Source: Marsupella aquatica
Taxonomy: Eukaryota; Plantae; Marchantiophyta
Length of the DNA stretch: 64,000 nt
Reading direction: 5' to 3'
NCBI GenBank assembly: GCA_973895155.1
Contig: OZ316891.1
Location: 20,782,169 to 20,846,168 of the forward strand
Shown: positions 63,873 to 64,000 of the stretch, piece after piece
Layout of the letters: each line of letters starts with the position of its first letter
Position numbering within the stretch: position 1 is the stretch's first letter
Program-made: the position numbers and the translations under genes
The notes under the pieces: generated by a model
Seen by the model: the letters and a program-made list of their open reading frames with translations, nothing else
What the model was told of the DNA's origin: nothing
Databases searched by the model: none

Positions 63873-64000
63873 CAGAGTAATAAATGAGCTGTCATACTGT
63901 TACATTCCAAGCTTTTAGGAATATGCCGTGTTGGACTTTGGCCGTGTATTCACCCAACGTCACATTAAAAGGTTAGCTTCACAAGGTTTTTGTTGTCTTT

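Overview
Land-plant genomic DNA: it has spliceosomal introns and a TTL-type TPR-thioredoxin gene. A bryophyte or other non-seed plant is my guess, not established. The main feature is a 19,479-bp DNA transposon (2311-21789) with perfect 19-bp TIRs (AACCCCAATTTAGACAAAA) and a 4-bp TGAA target-site duplication. Its left arm holds a two-exon Sola-like DDD transposase (minus strand, one nonsense codon). Its right arm holds a divergently oriented multi-exon cargo gene that reads as ParB/Srx-like domain, degenerate beta-class DNA methyltransferase-like domain, acidic G/D/E repeat, then two FCP1/NIF-type HAD domains. Between them lie a ~67-bp satellite and a 12-copy 50-bp hairpin array, and the array's palindromic core recurs throughout the element. 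The rest of the window contains a CDC5 pseudogene, an intact 7-exon TTL gene, a mariner-like element, a Mutator-like MITE, a tRNA-derived SINE and several tandem repeats. All family assignments come from motif recognition by eye; no database searches were run.
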